Source: a virus (lineage: Duplodnaviria > Caudoviricetes). Taken from it: a stretch of DNA of 58,902 bases. A model generated the notes under the pieces. That model worked only from the letters and a program-made list of their open reading frames with translations, searched no databases and was not told the origin of the DNA. The stretch lies in IMG/VR virus record IMGVR_UViG_3300005096_000055, positions 1 through 58,902 of that record; one strand, 5' to 3'. The translations under genes and the position numbers were made by a program. Positions 9,205-14,950 of this stretch are shown one piece after another. Position 1 is the first letter of the stretch. Every line of letters starts with the position of its first letter.

Positions 9205-9543
9205 CTAGCGATAGTCGCTTTGGTCGGCGGTTCTTGTGATCTTGACGTCGCTTGCAGTAACTTCCACGCGACTTGTGCGGCTATCGCCACCAGTTGCCCA
9301 GAACCGTCTTTGCACGCTCCCGGTAACCCATATGGCTGCTCCGCGAAGCCCACCAGTTTGGATAACCTCAACGAGCTCGTCATCAGGATCCCACAACACT
9401 ACGGGGATCACATCGATCCTCCTACGCGGTTCGCTGGACCTTACGGTTACCAGCAACCTCACAAGTTGTGAGCCGGATTCGAAGAACTTCAGCTCCGGTT
9501 CCGCGGCTAGTTTCCCAGCCAGTACGGTTAGATTCAAGTCCAT
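9205..9543 (-). CDS. ssb: Single-stranded DNA-binding protein (short, no acidic tail)
   Basis: LNLTVLAGKLAAEPELKFFESG..IPVVLW..G..IWVTGSVQRRFW..SRVEVTA OB-fold pattern. Confidence 0.9.
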   Translation of the reverse strand: MDLNLTVLAGKLAAEPELKFFESGSQLVRLLVTVRSSEPRRRIDVIPVVLWDPDDELVEVIQTGGLRGAAIWVTGSVQRRFWATGGDSRTSRVEVTASDVKITRTADQSDYR

Positions 9544-9785
9544 TCGCTTACCCCTTCTCGCAAGTCACTTCGTACTCACGCGCCCTTGCACGAACCCTAT
9601 GAAGTTCGTGCAAGGTCGCCTGGGAACGAGACTAGATTCGTCAATCCCAAGTTATTCAGTTGTCAGCTTTCGCCACTATCGCTTTCGCATTTGCTTACCC
9701 CTTTCGTATCTCTTTAGAGCCTACGCGCCTCCCCACCAGGCCTACGCACCTTCGCGTAGCCCCGATGGGGAGTCGTCTAGGTTCG

Positions 9786-9902
9786 CTAGAATCCCATGTA
9801 GCTCTGTGCAACGTCCTCGACGTTTGACCAAAGCTCGATCATCCCGGCGCCTAGGGAGGACCCATAGACGCTGAGCACGAACCCCAGCAACGTACCAATC
9901 AC
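9786..9902 (-). CDS. Small hydrophobic peptide (38 aa)
   Basis: Read manually: MIGTLLGFVLSVYGSSLGAGMIELWSNVEDVAQSYMGF; GTGA overlap with upstream stop. Confidence 0.55.
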   Translation of the reverse strand: MIGTLLGFVLSVYGSSLGAGMIELWSNVEDVAQSYMGF

Positions 9903-10201
9903 GTTCGCACCAAGTACTCGTGCGCCGGCGAGACCTTTGCAAAGTACTCACCAACGTCTGTACCTATTGCAAGCTCGGCCTCGATGACCCCACCTACAAC
10001 AGAGTCGCTTGTGGGGTTGGCAAGGCCGTTTGCGCTCTGTAGGTACTTTCGCGCGACTCTCAGGTCCGTAAAGAACCTGCCATCTGCGCGCGTCCATATC
10101 GGCTGTTTGGAACCATCGGGTAGGTATTCCCAATCCTGTATCAGGATCACGAAGACGTTTCCTGCGAGTTGCCCCACAGCCCAGAGCCTTAGGGAAACCA
10201 T
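9899..10201 (-). CDS. Hypothetical protein
   Basis: TAATG coupling with upstream gene. Confidence 0.7.
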   Translation of the reverse strand: MVSLRLWAVGQLAGNVFVILIQDWEYLPDGSKQPIWTRADGRFFTDLRVARKYLQSANGLANPTSDSVVGGVIEAELAIGTDVGEYFAKVSPAHEYLVRT

Positions 10202-10449
10202 TACAGCCTCCCAGCAGCTTCATGGGTTTCAGCAGCCTTGGCGGCTTGCTCGAACATCATGGAGAGCTCAAGCAGCTTTTCACGGCTTGCCTGGAACTCC
10301 ACACGAGTGCTTCCACCCTTGGCGAATGCCTCCACGGTCACGGTAGCTTCAACGCTACCCCTGACGATCACGTAGGCTTCCACCAACGTCTCGCCATCCA
10401 TGAAGGTCAATTCAACCTCTGGTGGGTATGCCATGAATATCGGCATCAT
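10201..10449 (-). CDS. Hypothetical protein
   Basis: Conserved RBS. Confidence 0.75.
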   Translation of the reverse strand: MMPIFMAYPPEVELTFMDGETLVEAYVIVRGSVEATVTVEAFAKGGSTRVEFQASREKLLELSMMFEQAAKAAETHEAAGRL

Positions 10450-10563
10450 TCTCTTACCCCTTCCGGTTCTTGAGAACCTCTCAAGATCCCCGCAACCCTC
10501 GAGGATCTTTCCTCAAGGATTCTGGGGACCCCATGAACCCTCTCGAGTCCACGGGGAAGTTCC

Positions 10564-10689
10564 CTACAAGTTTGCCGCGACCTTCGCTAGTTCCCCTGAG
10601 GCCCATTGGGCCATTTGAAGAACTAGGAACGTACCTATGGCGATTGCCACTAGGTATTTCGCGATTGCTTCGAGCGCACATCGGCTCAT
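10564..10689 (-). CDS. Small membrane peptide (41 aa)
   Basis: Read manually: MSRCALEAIAKYLVAIAIGTFLVLQMAQWASGELAKVAANL after AAAGGGGTAAG. Confidence 0.7.
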   Translation of the reverse strand: MSRCALEAIAKYLVAIAIGTFLVLQMAQWASGELAKVAANL

Positions 10690-10802
10690 TGCTTACCCCT
10701 TTCGTTGGTCGATAGGTTGGTACCTACCCCTAGCCCTACCATGAATCGGTAGAGCTAGGGCTAGGTGCAAGAGCTCTTGTGTGAACCCTTGCACCCTATC
10801 GC

Positions 10803-11330
10803 TTACCCCTTAAAGGTGACAGTTGCCAATTCGTCACCGAGTCCTTGGCTTGAGAGGTTGGCGACCGTATCGGTAGCTATCACCTCTGCTGTCCATCCTT
10901 CATCGGTCGCGACATCGGAATTGGCCAACACACCAGCGAACGCAACAGCATTCGCGAATGAGTCGAACCCCTGCAACAAGGTCCCTCCATACTCGTGGTC
11001 GTTTGAGTCCACGTAGTAATTGACCATTTCCGCTTTCACATGGTACGCGAACCCACTACGGCCGTCAGTAATCCTGACGAACGCCGTAGCATTGTCGGTC
11101 GCATCCGTTGCGTTCGCCTTGGTTGCCGCTTCCCTCACGAGGTTGCGGTAGCCCTTGCGCCGTTTTTCGTTGGCCGCTGCTTTGTGGGCGCGACACAACG
11201 TAGCCTTCCCGACTACTTCGACGTTGCAAGACTCATCAGCGCACACACGAGTAGTTGAGGCTACGGTAGCCTTACTCGCTGCATCGCGTTCGGTCGCTGC
11301 ACTGTCAATCGCTTCTAGGTTGATAGGCAT
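10803..11330 (-). CDS. First early gene, hypothetical protein with Cys/His finger
   Basis: CADESC..LCRAH; conserved RBS. Confidence 0.75.
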   Translation of the reverse strand: MPINLEAIDSAATERDAASKATVASTTRVCADESCNVEVVGKATLCRAHKAAANEKRRKGYRNLVREAATKANATDATDNATAFVRITDGRSGFAYHVKAEMVNYYVDSNDHEYGGTLLQGFDSFANAVAFAGVLANSDVATDEGWTAEVIATDTVANLSSQGLGDELATVTFKG

Positions 11331-12017
11331 TACTTACCCCTTCCGGCACCTTGCCTCAAGCACTTCTCGAGGACTTACATGTACCCTTCGACCTACCAAC
11401 CTATGCCCTAGAAAGGGCTATCGGTCGATAGGTTCAAGGGTACCTATCGACACCGAACACGCTAGACGCGCTCAGTGCCGATAGGTACGGGGTAAGGGGT
11501 AGGTCACTATGTAGACTGACGATACCTACTTGCCATCATCCACATGGACTTACGGCGTCTAACCTCGTATCGTTGTAAATGCCCTAGCGCTATCCCGATT
11601 CAAGACTTGCACCTATCACAAGGTGCCTAGTGCCATAGCAGGGACTTACCCATCACTGTCGATAGTTCATCACGGCGGCATCACCCCTCTAACGATATCC
11701 ACCTAGGTCGATATCGGCAATTCCGTTCCCATCATGGCGTAGTTGACACTAGGCCATGGGGGTATCGGTATCGGGGTACTTGAGTCGAACACGCTAGGAC
11801 CGATAGTCAGTATCGGTAGGGCTCTCATCAGTCAGGTTGTCAAGGTGCAGTGCACCCCTCGAGCGTAGGTACTTGATACGACTCCTGCGATTCACGCAAG
11901 CCCACTGAAGGGCTAGGCCGTGAGTCATCCGATGAGCGATAGTGCCTAGGCTCTATCCATCGGTCGGCTTTCCGTATCGACTTAGGCTATCAAGGTGCCT
12001 GTACCGCTAGGCGGCAC
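11331..12017 (-). ncRNA. ~690-nt structured 5' leader of the early transcript
   Basis: No ORF >=60 aa; many hairpins; 9-bp complementarity between 11991-11999 and 11345-11353. Confidence 0.55.
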
Positions 12018-12023
12018 AAGGGC

Positions 12024-12053
12024 AGTATGGCACAGATCTAGCGATATGGTCAA
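12024..12053 (-). promoter_or_regulatory. Sigma70-type early promoter
   Basis: TTGACC-18 nt-CATACT with extended -10 TG. Confidence 0.7.
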
Positions 12054-12624
12054 TACCCATAGTCAAGAATTCCCTACAACCCTTGCTATGACTGACTTAC
12101 CAACCAACTGCAATCACCCTAGAGCGCCACAATGGCCCTAAATCGGGGGGTTCAGCGTATGTGCCTAGTGGTTGGCTACAACCTCGCCACGAAGCGCTTA
12201 AATCGCCGTGTATGGCGTGTGTGCCAGGTGCTATCAACTAGGGGTAAGCGAGGTTAGTTACCTTTCATCACTATAACTGGGCTCTATTTGGGCTACTTGA
12301 CCTTAACTGCTGTTATTGGAAGGACCTGGTAAATACCGAACATATGTTCGACTCACCCTTACCCCTACCACCATAGGGGGAACTATTCCTTAGTCCCTTA
12401 CTCAACTACTAATCAATAGATCCATAGTTGAGTAGTGAGCAACTAAGGAATTGACTTAACACTATGGCGATAGGGGTAACCCCCGTTACCAGTTTGTATA
12501 GTGATGTGTGAAGCCCCGCTCACAAATTTGACCCCCAATTTTAACCCCCTTGATATCCGTCCATCCAGCCCCACGAATCAGGCAAATGTATATATCCGTC
12601 CATCCGTTACCTCGAAACTGGGGG

Positions 12625-12652
12625 TTGTCACCAATCACCAGGCCCATACAAT
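12625..12652 (+). promoter_or_regulatory. Sigma70-type promoter for 12687 gene and tRNA cluster
   Basis: TTGTCA-16 nt-TACAAT. Confidence 0.6.
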
Positions 12653-12686
12653 GGTGAAGGGAAACCGCATCTACCAAGGAGGATGA

Positions 12687-13067
12687 ATGGACCGACCGAA
12701 CAGACTATCCGAGATCACCGTTGGGGTGGGTGACTTGATCGATACCGTTGTCAAGAATCGCGCCAAGCACCTACAGGACTACAGCGTTGCTCTGGAGAGA
12801 TTCCATGAAGCTGCCAAGGACGCGCTCTATGGGCGCATCACCCAGGTAGTGAATGGGACCATCAAGGACCTCAGGTTCGACCTACCAGTGCCCGAGAACC
12901 ATGTCGACGACTACGACCGCGCGATCAAGATGCTCCAGATGACTCGCGACGCCGGCCAGGACACAGTGGTGCTGAGCGAAAGCGAGCAGGAGTCCTATGT
13001 GATGGACAATTGGGGCTGGAAGCGCAAGTTCACCGAGACCTCGACGTTCTATGTGGGCAAGGGGTAG
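12687..13067 (+). CDS. Hypothetical phage protein
   Basis: 126 aa, AAGGAGG RBS. Confidence 0.8.
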   Translation: MDRPNRLSEITVGVGDLIDTVVKNRAKHLQDYSVALERFHEAAKDALYGRITQVVNGTIKDLRFDLPVPENHVDDYDRAIKMLQMTRDAGQDTVVLSESEQESYVMDNWGWKRKFTETSTFYVGKG

Positions 13068-13243
13068 CGAGAATTGGGGGTTGTGGGGCTCGTAATGGGT
13101 TGATACGATCATGATCCCAGTGGCGGCAGTTAAGCTGGTCGCCAGTGGGACACCCCACTCGGGGTTGGGAATGGGCGCAGTGGCAAGGCGTGCTAGCGAA
13201 CCCTGTCAACACAGTCCGCTCCCTTCGCTCGAGTGGGGTATAC

Positions 13244-13312
13244 GCCGGGGAGGCCATGGGGCCAAGCAGCTTCCAAACCTGTATGGGTGGGGTTCGATTC
13301 CTCGCTCCGGCG
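13244..13312 (+). tRNA. tRNA-Trp(CCA), atypical (Gly-TCC reading possible)
   Basis: 7-bp acceptor gccgggg/ctccggc, GGTTCGATTCC T arm, loop TTCCAAA, G73; C:C mismatch in anticodon stem, short D arm. Confidence 0.6.
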
Positions 13313-13394
13313 CGACCCATCCCCATGGAGGGTGGAGAGGCATCGTGGATTCCGACGGCCGGTCCACACGTACAGATGCACTAGGCGGTCATAA

Positions 13395-13467
13395 CAGTGT
13401 GTAGCTCAGTTGGGAGAGCGCTCGGTTTGGAGCCGAGGGGTCGTAGGTTCAAGTCCTACCACACTGA
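13395..13467 (+). tRNA. tRNA-Pro(TGG)
   Basis: Canonical cloverleaf; ctcgg-TTTGGAG-ccgag. Confidence 0.92.
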
Positions 13468-13564
13468 CGGGGCCTGCCGAGGGAAAATAACTCGGGTGGC
13501 GAGGCGAAAGCGCGTAAGTAACTGAGCTAACAGCGGCGGAAGGATCCGCCAGGTCCCAGATTTT

Positions 13565-13636
13565 GAAGCCATAGCTGAGGGGCATAGCAGCGGACTTTTA
13601 ATCCGCAGTACGTAGGTTCGACTCCTACTGGCTTCA
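13565..13636 (+). tRNA. tRNA-Lys(TTT)
   Basis: Cloverleaf; gcgga-CTTTTAA-tccgc. Confidence 0.92.
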
Positions 13637-13710
13637 CGGTAGGGGGTGCGCGCCGTTTAAGCTGGCGGGTTCATAACCGTTGTCGGAAGGCGGCCCCCGT
13701 ACCAACGCCC

Positions 13711-13782
13711 ACCAGGCTCTTCTAACTGGCAAGATGCTAGGTCCTGACCCTGGCGATCGAGGTTCGAGTCCTTGGCCCGGTG
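13711..13782 (+). tRNA. tRNA-Gln(CTG), C at position 33
   Basis: ctagg-TCCTGAC-cctgg, GGTTCGAGTCC T arm, one acceptor mismatch. Confidence 0.75.
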
Positions 13783-13787
13783 CTCAT

Positions 13788-13861
13788 TCCGGGGTCGGCT
13801 AATGGCAAGCCGCGGGTCCTTGGAGCCCGCTATCAAGGTTCGAACCCTTGCCCCGGAGCCA
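13788..13861 (+). tRNA. tRNA-Gln(TTG), C at position 33, encoded CCA
   Basis: tccgggg/ccccgga acceptor, cgggt-CCTTGGA-gcccg, 3' GCCA. Confidence 0.85.
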
Positions 13862-13881
13862 ACTACGAAGGAATAGCACAC

Positions 13882-14193
13882 ATGACATTCAACTACCTCA
13901 TCGTTGATGGCTATGAACGCGTTGCAAGCCACACGGAACATGAGTGGGGGAGATACAACAGCCACGTCATCCAGACGAACAGTGAGTCAGCATTCAAGGG
14001 CATCTGCTGCATCGACAGGAAGGCAGATGTGGTCGCGACGGTGTGTGATGCAGCACTTACCGGGGTGTCATGGAGCATGCTGAGGGATTATTGGCTACCA
14101 GTGAAGCGCATCGAGGTCGTGTTCGCCAACTGTGGATGCCTACTGGATGCTGCTGAGGCCTTCGCTGATCTCGATGGTGACTGTGGCAGGTAA
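13882..14193 (+). CDS. Hypothetical protein
   Basis: GAAGGA RBS before MTFNYL. Confidence 0.55.
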   Translation: MTFNYLIVDGYERVASHTEHEWGRYNSHVIQTNSESAFKGICCIDRKADVVATVCDAALTGVSWSMLRDYWLPVKRIEVVFANCGCLLDAAEAFADLDGDCGR

Positions 14194-14421
14194 GCCACCG
14201 ACGAGGTAGCGGCTGTTGTTGAGATCAGTGCAGTAGACGGTGAGTGATGAAGTATCCTGGTGGAGATCGATCGTGGCAACACGATCTACGTCAGTGTGGC
14301 GGTTGATGAGCTCGAGGAGCTTGGTGCGGTTCTCGTCGGTGAGGAACCTCATGTGGGAGTGAGAGATGAGGCCCTTGTTCAGCCGGCCGTTTTCATCCTC
14401 GAGGGGTCGATCGCTTGTCAA
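14140..14421 (-). CDS. Hypothetical protein
   Basis: Last of a chain of coupled ORFs. Confidence 0.55.
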   Translation of the reverse strand: MTSDRPLEDENGRLNKGLISHSHMRFLTDENRTKLLELINRHTDVDRVATIDLHQDTSSLTVYCTDLNNSRYLVGGLPATVTIEISEGLSSIQ

Positions 14422-14672
14422 GTCACTGCCTTCTCTGCTCGCTGTGCAAAGTACCTTAGCGCCGATTTGAACTGGTTGGTAGTGATGTCGGGTGGGAGTA
14501 GCTTTTGGGCGGCTTCGACGATGCGATCGTAGTCGTATTGGCCGACTTCATCAAAGCTCTCCCATCCCTGGGTCTCAGTCCAGTCCTCGAATGCCGACCA
14601 CAGCAGTTGGGTTGCCATGGTGTTGAGGTTCCTTTCGAGTTCACGTTCTTCCATCATCATCTCTTCACCCAA
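14418..14672 (-). CDS. Hypothetical protein
   Basis: Acidic 84-aa coupled ORF. Confidence 0.65.
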   Translation of the reverse strand: MGEEMMMEERELERNLNTMATQLLWSAFEDWTETQGWESFDEVGQYDYDRIVEAAQKLLPPDITTNQFKSALRYFAQRAEKAVT

Positions 14673-14950
14673 TTCCCTTGATCATCGACAGCCGCTTGAC
14701 ATGCCTCACCGAACTCTTCGCCCAGGATCGCAAGCCACTCGAAGGCTGTGTGATGCTGGGATCCCCACTTGTGCTCTTGTGAGAGCCGTTCCATCTGGAC
14801 CAGGGTCATGGCAGTGCGGTGAGCGTTGGTTTGCTCACCAATGCCGTTGTAGAGTAAGGTTGAGCCTTGCTCGAGGTCGGTGAGTATGGCAATCGCAACT
14901 GCGGCTACCTGGACGAGCTCGTCTTTGAAGTCCTGGTTCGCTTCACTCAT
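14657..14950 (-). CDS. MazG-like NTP pyrophosphohydrolase, apparently circularly permuted
   Basis: ELVQVAAVAIA precedes ER.SQEHKWG.Q.H..WLAILGEEFGE. Confidence 0.7.
   Translation of the reverse strand: MSEANQDFKDELVQVAAVAIAILTDLEQGSTLLYNGIGEQTNAHRTAMTLVQMERLSQEHKWGSQHHTAFEWLAILGEEFGEACQAAVDDQGNWVKR

Larger units (their letters stand above)
2663..10772 (-). repeat. Family of ~15 structured intergenic elements, each directly upstream of an AAAGGGGTAAG RBS
   Basis: Copies at ~2663-2749, 3297-3372, 3930-3998, 4789-4865, 5464-5535, 6014-6092, 6656-6738, 7568-7642, 8106-8191, 8767-8844, 9123-9204, 9547-9632, 9694-9790, 10453-10563 (variant), 10692-10772; minus-strand pattern: basal stem-YAG-variable hairpin-NGTR-alternative hairpin-RBS. 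Confidence 0.85.

Noticed and set aside
2663-10772. Integron attC array or CRISPR array
   Set aside because: No GTTRRRY core site, no integrase, repeats not identical and separated by whole genes
2663-10772. Elements as simple intrinsic terminators
   Set aside because: No U-tract in the sense direction; conserved internal loop and alternative hairpin unexplained
11779-11848. Hammerhead ribozyme (CTGATGA plus GAGC/GTTC stem, minus strand)
   Set aside because: GAAA core replaced by GACT and no stem I can form
13030-13965. ORFs overlapping the tRNA cluster
   Set aside because: Sequence is explained by tRNAs and structured RNAs
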